From: an uncultured bacterium
GTDB taxonomy: Bacteria; Babelota; Babeliae; Babelales; Vermiphilaceae
Direction: 5' to 3'
DNA length: 64,000 nt
Assembly (NCBI GenBank): GCA_963707655.1
Contig: OY970172.1
Coordinates: forward strand, 576,001 to 640,000
Numbering within the stretch: the stretch's first letter is position 1; each line of letters begins with the position of its first letter. The position numbers and the translations under genes were made by a program. A model generated the notes under the pieces. The model made no database searches, was not told where the DNA came from, and saw only the letters and a program-made list of their open reading frames with translations. Below are positions 47,269 through 57,733 of the stretch, piece by piece.

Positions 47269-48855
47269 TTAAGCCTTATTATTCAACCTTTTTTTATCAA
47301 TTTTGCCCGTCGCCGTAAGCGGCAAAGATTCAGTAGTGCACACAAAAGAACGCGGTATTTTGTAGGGGGCCAAATTTTTTCTACACAACTCCTGTAGCTC
47401 TTGCTCTAAAGTGGGAGTTATTTCACGCACTTGTACATAGGCAACGGGAACTTGGCCAACCGCTTTATCTTCGCGCCCAATAACTGCCACACGTATCACT
47501 AAAGGGTGACTCATGATCACATTTTCAATCTCTTGGGGATAAATTTTTATTCCCTTGCTAGCAATAACATCTTTCAATCGCCCGGTAATAACTAAACGGT
47601 CCTGTTCGTCAAAATAGACCATATCACCGGTATTGAACCAGCCATCTCTCAATACCAATTCAGTTGCCTCCGGTGCATTATAATAGCCAAGCATAATATT
47701 ATCTCCCTTTACCCAGAGCTCTCCAATAGAACCGGCGGGTAATGGCTGGCCCTGCTCGTCTCTAACTTGAGCCTGAATGCCTACAACAAGGGGTCCCACG
47801 GTGGGCGCAGAAGCTGCTTCATCTTCCAGATGTGCTGATATTAAAGGAGAGGTCTCCGTTAATCCATAGCCACTACAAATCTTTCTGCGATAAACGAGCT
47901 CAAAACCGGCACAAATCTTGTCTTGCAATGCATCACCACCGGAAACAAAGTATTTGACCGAATCAAGTGGCGCATTTTTAAGCAAAACAAGCAAACCGTA
48001 TAATGCCGGAACACCCAAAAATATGGTTGGTTCATGGCGTAATCCTTCCAGCAAATAGCGGCGCTCAATACGCGGCACCACAATTACTGTTGAGCTGGTA
48101 AAAAATGCACCCCAAATGCACGCGAATTGTGCAAAGCTATGAAACAAGGGCAAAATACCGAGCAGGCGCTCACCCGGCAAAAGACCCAATTTTAAACGAG
48201 ATATACCTTGAATAACATTGGTTATCGCATTTTTCGAACTGATCATCACTCCTTTAGGAAAGCCAGTTGTTCCTGAAGTATAGAGCAGCGCAGCCATTTC
48301 ATCCGGCTCCAGATCGACAACTTCAAAAGAATCCGCTTCTTGTTCAGATGCCGCAGCGGGAAAATCTGTGAGCCTAATTAAAGGAAGATCAGAGGAATAA
48401 TTGTTGTCTTTCAGACGCGCATGCAACTCATCAGAAACAATCATAAGACGCGGTTGTGAATCGGCAATAATGTGCACAACTTCAGGCTCTGTTAAAAAAA
48501 CATTTAAAGGGGCAACCACCGCACCCAGTTGCGCAATGGCAAAATAAGCAACATAAAATTCAATTGAGTTTTCCCAAAAGAGCAGCACGCGATCTTTTTT
48601 CTGCACACCGCGCTCTTTTAAAAGCCTACTTAACGCCACTGAGCGCGCATAAAGATCATGATAGGAAATCGATTGACCCTTGTACACCAAAGCGATATGC
48701 GCTGGAGATAAAAATGCTGCTCGTTGCAATAAACGCCCAATAGAGAGCAACTTATTATTAAACAATGAAGCAGCATATAAAACATCAAACAACTGTTGCT
48801 CGGAAAGCCCCTCGTTAAGGACACTCGCATCGGGCATGGGAGGATATAGAGTCAT
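47269..48855 (-). CDS. fadD: Long-chain fatty-acid--CoA ligase family (AMP-binding)
   Basis: LYTSGTTGFPKGV, GYGLTETSP, WFNTGD, GRLKD, TGKIDK. Confidence 0.88.
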   Translation of the reverse strand: MTLYPPMPDASVLNEGLSEQQLFDVLYAASLFNNKLLSIGRLLQRAAFLSPAHIALVYKGQSISYHDLYARSVALSRLLKERGVQKKDRVLLFWENSIEFYVAYFAIAQLGAVVAPLNVFLTEPEVVHIIADSQPRLMIVSDELHARLKDNNYSSDLPLIRLTDFPAAASEQEADSFEVVDLEPDEMAALLYTSGTTGFPKGVMISSKNAITNVIQGISRLKLGLLPGERLLGILPLFHSFAQFACIWGAFFTSSTVIVVPRIERRYLLEGLRHEPTIFLGVPALYGLLVLLKNAPLDSVKYFVSGGDALQDKICAGFELVYRRKICSGYGLTETSPLISAHLEDEAASAPTVGPLVVGIQAQVRDEQGQPLPAGSIGELWVKGDNIMLGYYNAPEATELVLRDGWFNTGDMVYFDEQDRLVITGRLKDVIASKGIKIYPQEIENVIMSHPLVIRVAVIGREDKAVGQVPVAYVQVREITPTLEQELQELCRKNLAPYKIPRSFVCTTESLPLTATGKIDKKRLNNKA

Positions 48856-48873
48856 TTTTTTACCGTTCCTTTT

Positions 48874-49059
48874 TTATTCTTCATATTCTATAACCTGCAC
48901 GGGACATCCTCGTGCAGCTTCTTTTATACTATCATTACAGCGAGCTATTGGCGCATCTTTTTTAACACGCGAAAGATCAGTCACTTCAAAAATTTCAGGC
49001 GCTATAAATTCACATAACCCACAGGTAATGCACCCCGGCTCTATGCTTACTTTTTTCAT
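48874..49059 (-). CDS. Single-cluster ferredoxin
   Basis: CITCGLC...APEIF and GCPVQVI. Confidence 0.9.
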   Translation of the reverse strand: MKKVSIEPGCITCGLCEFIAPEIFEVTDLSRVKKDAPIARCNDSIKEAARGCPVQVIEYEE

Positions 49060-49176
49060 GAAAAATTCCCTCGCGGCGATACTGTTTTTTATGTATACTA
49101 TAACAACAAAAAAGAGAAAAAAACATGACATAAAAACTCTACGTCATGTGTACCATTTATGATAAGGCTTTTAACC

Positions 49177-49824
49177 ATGACAGCATTAAAAAAAGGATTA
49201 TTGATCTCTATCGAAGGGATCGATGGATCGGGAAAAAGCACACTCGCTGCTGCTCTTGTTAAAACATTGTCATTGGCCGGTCTGCCAATACTATTAACCA
49301 AAGAACCGGGAGCTACGCAACTGGGCACTATCTTACGCGCACTCGTTCAAAAAAAAGAGATGCCTATTTGTTCAAAGGCTGAATATCTTTTATTTGCCGC
49401 TGACAGAGCGCAACATTTTGAACAGATAATTATTCCTGCGCTTGCGCAAGGCAAAATTATTATTTCAGATCGCATGGCCGATTCATCGCTCGTGTACCAG
49501 GGCTATGGACGCGGCCTTGAAAAAGAGATGATCACCACTATTAATAAATGGACAATGAATCACGTTGTTCCCGATCTGACCATTTATGTAAAAGTAACTG
49601 CACAAACGGCTTTTAAGCGCATTATACAAAGAAATGCGGAATTTACCTCATTTGAAAAAGAACAGACAGAGTTTATTGAACGGCTCATCATTGGTTTTGA
49701 TGAAATCTTTAAAGCACGCGCCAATACTCTCTGGTGCGATGGAGAGCAAGGGGCAGAACAAATTAGCAACCATGCAACGCAAAGTATTCTTTCATGGATT
49801 ACCAATCAACAACCAACGCCGTAG
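49177..49824 (+). CDS. tmk: Thymidylate kinase
   Basis: IEGIDGSGKST, KEPG, LFAADRAQH, SDR...SSLVYQG. Confidence 0.96.
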   Translation: MTALKKGLLISIEGIDGSGKSTLAAALVKTLSLAGLPILLTKEPGATQLGTILRALVQKKEMPICSKAEYLLFAADRAQHFEQIIIPALAQGKIIISDRMADSSLVYQGYGRGLEKEMITTINKWTMNHVVPDLTIYVKVTAQTAFKRIIQRNAEFTSFEKEQTEFIERLIIGFDEIFKARANTLWCDGEQGAEQISNHATQSILSWITNQQPTP

Positions 49825-50570
49825 CGCCAACGGCTACTCATCGAGTACCCGCTTATTTATGGCTGGGCAATCATGACTTTTTAGTGCAAAAAACAAAGAA
49901 TTTCTTGCGCGCTATGTTCTGCGCATCAGATGCATGCACCCTCTGCAGCGTATGCCGCAAAATTGAAGAAGAACAGCATCACGCGGCGCTCTGGCTCGCA
50001 CCGGAAAAAGAACTCTACACGCTTGAGCAGATAGAGCTCATACATAGCACCATTGCCTATAAGCTTGCTGATGGTGAACATTATTTTTTCATAGTACAAA
50101 AAGCTGACAGCCTTTCACCGCTTTGCGCCAACAGTCTGCTAAAATCTATTGAAGAACCCCCTGCCGGCTACCACTTCATCTTGCTTGCCGAGCGGGCTGA
50201 TATGATAGTACCCACCATACGTTCACGCTGCCAAACAGAAGCTCATTATGGCAATGCCGCACCGGCGATACATCCATTATTAAGATTTTTTTACTCGAGA
50301 GAGAATAATGATTCAATAGCTTTTTTGAAAGAAATTGAGAGTAACAAAATTGGCGAGCAGGAAAGCCTGCAATTGCTTGATGCTTTGTTATATTACTGGA
50401 TCGAAGAAGCAAAAAAAGCGATCATCAACAATCAGCGCAAAGAATATTTACACGCATGCACAGTGATCGAAACAATGAAACAAACATTTTTAAAACCGCC
50501 AATGCCCGGCAGCAGCAAGTTGTTTTGGAAGAATCTGTTTTTACAATTTCATACTGGTACCTGCAGCTAA
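49794..50570 (+). CDS. holB: DNA polymerase III delta' subunit
   Basis: C..C..C zinc module, ANSLLKSIEEPP, PTIRSRC; follows tmk. Confidence 0.88.
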   Translation: MDYQSTTNAVAPTATHRVPAYLWLGNHDFLVQKTKNFLRAMFCASDACTLCSVCRKIEEEQHHAALWLAPEKELYTLEQIELIHSTIAYKLADGEHYFFIVQKADSLSPLCANSLLKSIEEPPAGYHFILLAERADMIVPTIRSRCQTEAHYGNAAPAIHPLLRFFYSRENNDSIAFLKEIESNKIGEQESLQLLDALLYYWIEEAKKAIINNQRKEYLHACTVIETMKQTFLKPPMPGSSKLFWKNLFLQFHTGTCS

Positions 50571-50589
50571 ACTCGGCAGCAATGCCCAT

Positions 50590-51168
50590 TCATTTCTTGG
50601 AAACCCACCGATTTCCGGCAATATAAAAACGCCACAGTTTATCTTGCGCTTTTGATATGCCAACGCGCTTAGAAGTGACCATCGTAAAATCTTGCTCCTG
50701 CGGGTGAGTAATCAGATACAACGGCCCGCGATGCGTGACATCGTGACCATATAATGCAGGCGTGATATCTAATGCTTCGCTCAATTTCCCCGGTCCGTTG
50801 GTCAAATTTTGAGCAACAGTAGTGCCGCGATAGTGTTGCATGATCTCGATTCCTTGCAAAGGCTCAAGAGCACGAATCAGTACCCCGCCAGCAGGAGTGC
50901 TGCTTTCACGCGCTACTAAATTTAAACAATAATGAGTATGAATGGTATAAATATACGCATGACCCGGCGCGCCAAATAATGCGCGATTGCGATTGGTTTG
51001 TTTATCAAAGGCGTGAGAAGCCTCATCGCCAAATTCATACGCTTCGGTTTCAACAATCATTCCCGTCACGCGCTGATCATTAATCACGCGTACTACTACT
51101 TTTCCCAACAATTCCTGGGCAACTTCAACGGTATTTCGTGCATAAAATGAGCGGGTAAGAATGGTCAT
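50590..51168 (-). CDS. mpg: 3-methyladenine DNA glycosylase (MPG/AAG)
   Basis: IVETEAY, PGHAYIY, GVLIRALEP, TNGPGKL, RVGIS, WRF. Confidence 0.94.
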   Translation of the reverse strand: MTILTRSFYARNTVEVAQELLGKVVVRVINDQRVTGMIVETEAYEFGDEASHAFDKQTNRNRALFGAPGHAYIYTIHTHYCLNLVARESSTPAGGVLIRALEPLQGIEIMQHYRGTTVAQNLTNGPGKLSEALDITPALYGHDVTHRGPLYLITHPQEQDFTMVTSKRVGISKAQDKLWRFYIAGNRWVSKK

Positions 51169-51287
51169 AAACTTCAGTAATTTTTAAAAAAATATCTGTG
51201 TTTTAGAAAAAATAGTGCTATTTTCTTGATAGATTACTATAGTACAATGAATAAAAAAGTGAAGCAAGCAAAAAAGGGGTAGCACGC

Positions 51288-52202
51288 ATGGAAGCACACT
51301 ATTCATCAAAAAAAAGATATATCATATTTATCTTGGCGCTCCTCATTCATGCCCTACTTGCTTTGATTTTATTTATGACTTTTTTTGAAAAAAAACTTGA
51401 TTGTTTGTTACCCACTCATCAGAATACCGATCTTGATTTAAAAAAAGATTGGGCCGCTCGTTTGCCCGCACCAATTTTATTTTATGACATGATCGATGAT
51501 CAACCCAGCATTGCGCAAAAAGAGCAGGAAAACTCTTCTGCTGCACCGATAGAAAAAGAAATAAAAGAAGAAATTGAGCAGGAAGAACATGTCGTGGCAC
51601 ACCACCAGCCTGACAAACTGGAGGCCCCTGAACATCGATTCCCCGCAATGGAAAAACCAAACACTCTCATTGAAAACGTGGCAATCAATGTTGATCAAGA
51701 GAAAAAAACAGCACCACGCGCACAACAACAAAAAGCTCGCGCTAAGAAAGTGCCGTCACAAAAAACAACAATGACTCTTGCCGATCTGACAAAAATGTAT
51801 AAAAAACAGCTCCAAGAGGTACCTATTGAAAACATGTTCCTGCAGGGAGTTCCTGATAAATTACCGCCGGACAAGCAAATTAGTTTTGAACGATACAAAA
51901 CAAAAATTAATAGCATTATTAATGATATGTATAAAATTTATAGGAATGAGATGGGACCGGTACCACCAAATCTTTCAGTCAAAGTCTATGTGGCAATGGA
52001 GCGCAAAGGAATTTTTAAAGATCTCTATCTGGCGACCTCCAGCGGTTATCCGCTCATTGATAAATGCGTGATGAAAATTTACCGGGAAGCAAGCGATCGC
52101 TTTCCGCCGATTCCTAAAGGGCTGGAAGAAGAGTTGTTCAAAGGCTTTATTATCTTACAAAGTGGTTATCGCACGTCGGGGGGCAACTGGTTGCCTTTTT
52201 GA
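51288..52202 (+). CDS. TonB/TolA-like protein
   Basis: ALLIH TM, charged linker, TSSGYPLID...FPPIP C-terminal domain. Confidence 0.7.
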   Translation: MEAHYSSKKRYIIFILALLIHALLALILFMTFFEKKLDCLLPTHQNTDLDLKKDWAARLPAPILFYDMIDDQPSIAQKEQENSSAAPIEKEIKEEIEQEEHVVAHHQPDKLEAPEHRFPAMEKPNTLIENVAINVDQEKKTAPRAQQQKARAKKVPSQKTTMTLADLTKMYKKQLQEVPIENMFLQGVPDKLPPDKQISFERYKTKINSIINDMYKIYRNEMGPVPPNLSVKVYVAMERKGIFKDLYLATSSGYPLIDKCVMKIYREASDRFPPIPKGLEEELFKGFIILQSGYRTSGGNWLPF

Positions 52203-52294
52203 AAAACTCACTTCAAATGTTGCTTTTCTTAAAATAAATTGGGTAGCCTCTGCCTATAAGCAAGACTAAATCAAAATCGGAAATTAAGAAAAGT

Positions 52295-53710
52295 ATGAAA
52301 TTACCGAAAATAACCAGAAAAAATATAACTATCGCGAGCAGCATCGTCATAGCAATTTGTGCTCTGGCACTTGCATACACCATATACGATTATATGACAA
52401 CGCATCACAAGCAAAAGGCAAGGCTCCATGAAACAAAAACATTTGTACCGCAAGCAGAAGCCCAATCAACGCAAGATTTAGCTATCATTTTGCAGAAAAA
52501 AATAATTCGCGCTTTGCTATTGGGGACTGCAATACTCTTTTTACTCAGCATCATGCTATCAAAAGCGTATACGGGCAATAGACATTCATTATGGTTTTTG
52601 GCTATTTTTTTCTCTCTGCTTTTGGCCGCTGACATTGTTGTTATCTGGTATTTCGAAGTACGATTGGCACGTTTAAAAATGCAAAGCAATATTGTAGAAA
52701 ACGACGCCGATGTAGAAAAATTTTTTGAGATACATAGGGCTCAAAACCCTAACATTTATGAAGGAAAATTTCATTACGTACCTATCGGATTTCTTTGGTA
52801 TTCAATAATACTCAATGAGAAGATTCAAGGGGACATTGGAGATGTGCATTTATATTCCTATCCCTGGATAACGTATGATCTTTCCACAGACAAAGAACTT
52901 AAAGAGAAGATCGATAAGAATATTAATGCCGGCGTTTTTATTAGCATGAACGCTATTAATGAAATAAGATGGGCTCTTTCCGGGATCACCCAAGGCAATA
53001 AATATGTATTGAATTGGCAAGAAGATATAGCTCTTCATACTGATTTCAATTACAGAAAATATCCTTTTGATCAGCAACAAATTATTATACGTTTTGAACA
53101 TTATGACTCGCTCACAAGAATTATGCTTCTTCCCGACTTTGAAGCATACAAGATGGCCACCACCAAATATCCCCCCATCGATAAAAATATCAACTTGTCG
53201 GGCTGGAAAATTACCAATGCCTATTTTTGTTATGTTTTAAGCAATTACTCAACCGATTTTGGCATAAAAAATTATTGGCAAGTTAAAAACTATCCCTTTC
53301 TAACATACATTATTCAAATTCAACGTAATTTTACCGAACCGCTCGTTACTGGACTGCTACCTATACTTATTATTCTTTTTATTATTTTTGCGAGTCTACT
53401 CATACTCTCAAAAGTAACGAGTCCAAAAGATACAATTAACGGTATTCTCGCGTTACTTTCAAGTCTTTTTTTCGCCAATTTGATTTCTTATCAAACCTTG
53501 CAAAATACTATATTGTCGCCCAGCATAACCTACTTTAAATTATTTTATATCATAACGTACGTTATTATTTTTGTTGCAACCACGAATTGCTTGCTCTACG
53601 TATATAAACCAAATTCGTTTCTACATTATGATAAAAATTTTATTTCACGATTACTCTACTGGCCCGTGGTTATGACAATTTTTTTTGTTATAACACTTAT
53701 CTTTTTTTAA
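52295..53710 (+). CDS. pLGIC homologue with 3 extra N-terminal TMs
   Basis: FNYRKYPFDQQ, LSGW, IQIQR..GLLP (M1), then M2-M4. Confidence 0.8.
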   Translation: MKLPKITRKNITIASSIVIAICALALAYTIYDYMTTHHKQKARLHETKTFVPQAEAQSTQDLAIILQKKIIRALLLGTAILFLLSIMLSKAYTGNRHSLWFLAIFFSLLLAADIVVIWYFEVRLARLKMQSNIVENDADVEKFFEIHRAQNPNIYEGKFHYVPIGFLWYSIILNEKIQGDIGDVHLYSYPWITYDLSTDKELKEKIDKNINAGVFISMNAINEIRWALSGITQGNKYVLNWQEDIALHTDFNYRKYPFDQQQIIIRFEHYDSLTRIMLLPDFEAYKMATTKYPPIDKNINLSGWKITNAYFCYVLSNYSTDFGIKNYWQVKNYPFLTYIIQIQRNFTEPLVTGLLPILIILFIIFASLLILSKVTSPKDTINGILALLSSLFFANLISYQTLQNTILSPSITYFKLFYIITYVIIFVATTNCLLYVYKPNSFLHYDKNFISRLLYWPVVMTIFFVITLIFF

Positions 53711-53809
53711 ATTAAGAGGTTAAGAGTTGAGCTAAAATATTGCACGGTCCAGGATATAACTGAATAACATCAAACCAAAGTATAAACAAAGCGTAAAAAG
53801 GCTAACAAA

Positions 53810-55159
53810 ATGAAAAAATTAGGAAAAAATAAGCCTGCCACCCTCGCGATCGCTATTTTAACAGCATGTGCTGTTGGCATTTTTGGTTATCTATCCCATA
53901 GTTACATGAAGCTTTATAGCATTAAGCCAGTACCCCATACTTGGGTTAATATCGATCAGAAAAAAGATTTTGATCAACCGGAAATGTTGAGAAAAAAAAC
54001 GATTCAATGCATAACAATGATCATTATTGTTCTTGCCTTGTTTATCATTTTTTTGACTGCATTTCATAATTTTGAGCGGCTTTGGTTATGGATCGCTGCA
54101 ATATCTTTATCATGTTTATTATGTATCGGCATTATTTTAATCTGGCATTTGGAAATTAAAAAAACTGAATTCAAAATCGATTATAATGTGGTTGCTAATG
54201 ATGAGGATGTGAAAAATTTTTTTACTGCTCATAAAAAAGAAAATCCAAAAATATATGAGCCCGAAGCTCATTTTCTTCCTGTCGGCTTTCTTTTTTATTC
54301 GATTGAAATTAATGAGGAGCGAATCACTATTGGCAGCTATCCATGGCTAAAGAGAAATATGAAAAAAGATAGCGACATTCCCAATATTTTTATTGCAATG
54401 AATGCTACACAAGAAACAAAAACATGGACCGTAGACAATAGGCGCGTTGGTGATATTGAAGATGCATCTTGGCAGGAACAGTTGCAAATTGAAAGCCATT
54501 TCAACTATGCGAAATATCCCTTTGATCAGCAAGATATCGTCATCCGATTTGAGGAAGAAGAAACACTGAAAAAAACAATTCTATTGCCTGATTTCGGCGC
54601 ATATCTACCAGGTAACCCTTATCCGCCACTAGATCCCTCTTTTCACCTTGATGGCTGGACCATAAAAAATGCCTATTTTTTCTATGACTTATCTGATTAT
54701 TCAACCAATTTTGGTATAAAGGATTACTGGCAAGTTAAAAATTATCCCTTTCTTGGCTATGTCATCCGGGTACAACGCAATTTTTTTGAACCGCTTTTTT
54801 CCGGCTTGATACCAATAATTATTATTTTATTTATTACTTTTGCATGTCTATTATTATTGCCAAATCAGAAAGGGGCCGACATTCGACTCATTCTCGCGCT
54901 TTTATCAAGTTTGTTTTTTGCCAATGTTCTTTCTTACCAAAACTTACAAACAATGATACTCACCCCCGACATCACCTATCTCAAAAGTTTTTATATCATA
55001 GCATATGTCGTCATTTTTTTAGTGGCCGTCAATATCATACTGTATGTATACCGCGCCAATGAAGTGATTATTTATAAAAGCAATCTACTTGCACGGCTAT
55101 TGTATTGGCCCGTTGTTTTAAGCATTTTTTTTATAGCGACGCTTATCTTTTTTTATTGA
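53810..55159 (+). CDS. pLGIC homologue, tandem paralogue of 52295..53710
   Basis: FNYAKYPFDQQ, LDGW, YSTNFGIKDYWQVKNYPFL, VQR..GLIP, ILALLSSLFFAN. Confidence 0.8.
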   Translation: MKKLGKNKPATLAIAILTACAVGIFGYLSHSYMKLYSIKPVPHTWVNIDQKKDFDQPEMLRKKTIQCITMIIIVLALFIIFLTAFHNFERLWLWIAAISLSCLLCIGIILIWHLEIKKTEFKIDYNVVANDEDVKNFFTAHKKENPKIYEPEAHFLPVGFLFYSIEINEERITIGSYPWLKRNMKKDSDIPNIFIAMNATQETKTWTVDNRRVGDIEDASWQEQLQIESHFNYAKYPFDQQDIVIRFEEEETLKKTILLPDFGAYLPGNPYPPLDPSFHLDGWTIKNAYFFYDLSDYSTNFGIKDYWQVKNYPFLGYVIRVQRNFFEPLFSGLIPIIIILFITFACLLLLPNQKGADIRLILALLSSLFFANVLSYQNLQTMILTPDITYLKSFYIIAYVVIFLVAVNIILYVYRANEVIIYKSNLLARLLYWPVVLSIFFIATLIFFY

Positions 55160-55355
55160 AGAAATAAAACCCTCACCGGCTCTATACACCGATTCCAAGC
55201 TCTTACTTAGATATTTTTAATTTCGTATCGAGCTCGTCTACTTGTGCTTTTTTATAAAAATTGATATAATTTTTAATCATAAAATAACATTTCATATTGC
55301 CTCGGTCTGTTACCAAAAAAATTCCAGCCGTTCAGCTATTGGAAAAGGAGCATCG

Positions 55356-56114
55356 GTGCCTATACCCATTCTTGAAATAAAAAACATTAGCAAAGTCTAT
55401 CGCGCCGGAACAAAGTCTGTTCACGCTCTCGACGATGTTTCACTCACTCTTTTTCAAGGTGAAATATTTGGTCTTCTTGGCGTGAATGGCGCAGGCAAAA
55501 CAACATTATCGTCCCTCATCGCCACGCTTCATCCTCCCACATCAGGAACCATACTCTTTAGAGGTGAATCGATTTATGAAAATTTGGTTAATTACCGCCG
55601 ATCACTCGGCTTTTGCCCCCAATCACAAAATCTTGATCAATTTTTAACCGTAGAAGAGAATCTCATCTTTGCCGGCCGCTATTTTTTGATGCCTGAAGAA
55701 CAAATAAAAGAGCGCGTAAGAAAATTGATGCACGATTTAGAGCTCACTCGTTATGCAGATTTTAATATAAATGCTCTTTCCGGTGGCACAAAGCAGCGCG
55801 TACTCATCGCTCGCGCGCTTATGCATCATCCCGCTATTATCATTCTTGACGAACCAACCGTTGGGCTCGATCCCGATATTCGTCGTAAATTGTGGGATTT
55901 AATTCTTGATCTAAAAACCCAAGGCATAACCATTATCTTAACAACCCACTATCTTGATGAAGCAGAAGTCTTGTCTGACCGAATTTGCATATTAAATAAA
56001 GGAAAAGTGGTAATGGTTGAGTCAGTGCAAACACTCAAAACAAAGCATGAAATGGCCACACTAGAAGAAATCTTTTTACGACTCTCCAAAGAAGGATTTA
56101 TTCAAGAAGGCTAA
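55356..56114 (+). CDS. ABC-2 exporter ATP-binding protein
   Basis: GVNGAGKTT, LSGG, ILDEPT, TTHY; AAGGAG RBS before GTG. Confidence 0.95.
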   Translation: MPIPILEIKNISKVYRAGTKSVHALDDVSLTLFQGEIFGLLGVNGAGKTTLSSLIATLHPPTSGTILFRGESIYENLVNYRRSLGFCPQSQNLDQFLTVEENLIFAGRYFLMPEEQIKERVRKLMHDLELTRYADFNINALSGGTKQRVLIARALMHHPAIIILDEPTVGLDPDIRRKLWDLILDLKTQGITIILTTHYLDEAEVLSDRICILNKGKVVMVESVQTLKTKHEMATLEEIFLRLSKEGFIQEG

Positions 56115-56131
56115 AAAAATAAGGACCCGAG

Positions 56132-56926
56132 TTGGTATATTTTACAGACAACTACAACTTTCGTATTTTCTGTGCATTGATACGGCGAGACATTAAAGTT
56201 TTTGCGTCGGAGCTCATTGACACAATAATTGATGGCATCGTCTTGGTTGTTACAGAAATATTGTTGTATAGCCATTTCTTGCCTCTCATGGGCATGCCCT
56301 CTACCGAGATCGCTCCCATGTATATAGGAAGCCTTGTGTTTGTACTCTTCTTTTTAGGAGAGAATTTATCAATAAGCCATCTGTTTGATCTTAAATATGA
56401 ACGATTTATAGATTATCAATTACTTTTGCCTATTTCCCGCCCGTGGTTATTTGCTCATTACCTTGTCTCTTTCATTATTGAGTCATCAATCATAAGCGGC
56501 CTACTCCTGGTGTTTGGATTACTTCTTTTGGGTAACAAATTTGCCGTTATCAGCCCTAATTGGTTTGGCCTTGTCGCCATCTATTTCTTAAGTTTAATTT
56601 TCTTTGGTCTCTTTTTTTTATTTCTCGCTTTCATTGCCCACTTTGAATGGTTTATGGATAATGTCTGGCCACGAGTTCTATCACCGCTTTATGCGTTTGG
56701 CTGCACCGTGTTTGTATGGAGCAAGGTAAATCAGCTTTCTCCATGGCTCGCCAAGTTTTGTCTCCTCAATCCACTCACCTATGTGAGCGAGGGATTACGA
56801 GCAGCAGCTATTGGCGGTTCTGATTTTATTCCCTTATGGATATGCATAACCGTGGTGAGTTGCACCATCATTGCACTTTTTTATGCGCTCATGCTCGGCA
56901 TCAAAAAAACATTGGATCCTGTATGA
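56132..56926 (+). CDS. ABC-2 permease (type A)
   Basis: About 6 TMs; NPLTYVSEGLR. Confidence 0.88.
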   Translation: MVYFTDNYNFRIFCALIRRDIKVFASELIDTIIDGIVLVVTEILLYSHFLPLMGMPSTEIAPMYIGSLVFVLFFLGENLSISHLFDLKYERFIDYQLLLPISRPWLFAHYLVSFIIESSIISGLLLVFGLLLLGNKFAVISPNWFGLVAIYFLSLIFFGLFFLFLAFIAHFEWFMDNVWPRVLSPLYAFGCTVFVWSKVNQLSPWLAKFCLLNPLTYVSEGLRAAAIGGSDFIPLWICITVVSCTIIALFYALMLGIKKTLDPV

Positions 56927-57732
56927 AACAAATGACATTATCAAAACATGAGAGAATCCGTATCTTTTTTGCGTTTTTGAAGCGAGATTTTTATGTCTAC
57001 TTCAAAAGAATACATACGTACACCATCAACTTTGTTATCCTCTATCCACTCACCTATATTATTTCATTTGCCTATATTCAGGCAAAAGTCTATTTTGGCA
57101 CTGAAAATGTTACGCAAGCAACTATATTTTTTGCCGGCAATGTAATTTTACTTATTATGAGCCTTGCATTTGAATTTACCATCACCCTGCTCTTTGATTT
57201 AGAAAATGAACATACGACTGATTATCGCATAACTATCCTTGACCCATGGCTGGTGTTAGTGGAACACGTTACGTTCACCACGCTTTTTTCTTTTATTCTT
57301 TTACTTCCTTTTTTTCCTATCACGGTACTCTGCCTGCAAAACAATTTTGACAGCTCTCATATATCGTGGCCATTGCTCTTCCTTATGCTCTTTTTAAGCT
57401 GCCTATGTGGCGCTGCGTACCATATACTCGTCGCATGCGCATTAAAAAATTCAAAACAGATTGTCCATTTTTGGATGCGTTGCAATCTTCCTTTAATTAC
57501 TCTTGGCGGTTTTTGGACCCCGTGGTATATTATGAATCAGTACTCACACACTTTGGGAATACTGAGCCTCTTTAACCCTTTACTGTACGCAACAGAAGGA
57601 ATACGACAGGCAATTATTGGAGGAAATATGTTTTTATCGGCAAGCATCTGCGCCATTGTTTTAATAATTTTTTCTTTTGTGTTTACCGGTGTTGCCCTGT
57701 ATTTGTTCAAGAAGAAGGTGGATCATATCTAA
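56923..57732 (+). CDS. ABC-2 permease (type B)
   Basis: LGGFWTPWY; NPLLYATEGIR. Confidence 0.88.
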   Translation: MKQMTLSKHERIRIFFAFLKRDFYVYFKRIHTYTINFVILYPLTYIISFAYIQAKVYFGTENVTQATIFFAGNVILLIMSLAFEFTITLLFDLENEHTTDYRITILDPWLVLVEHVTFTTLFSFILLLPFFPITVLCLQNNFDSSHISWPLLFLMLFLSCLCGAAYHILVACALKNSKQIVHFWMRCNLPLITLGGFWTPWYIMNQYSHTLGILSLFNPLLYATEGIRQAIIGGNMFLSASICAIVLIIFSFVFTGVALYLFKKKVDHI

Positions 57733-57733
57733 C

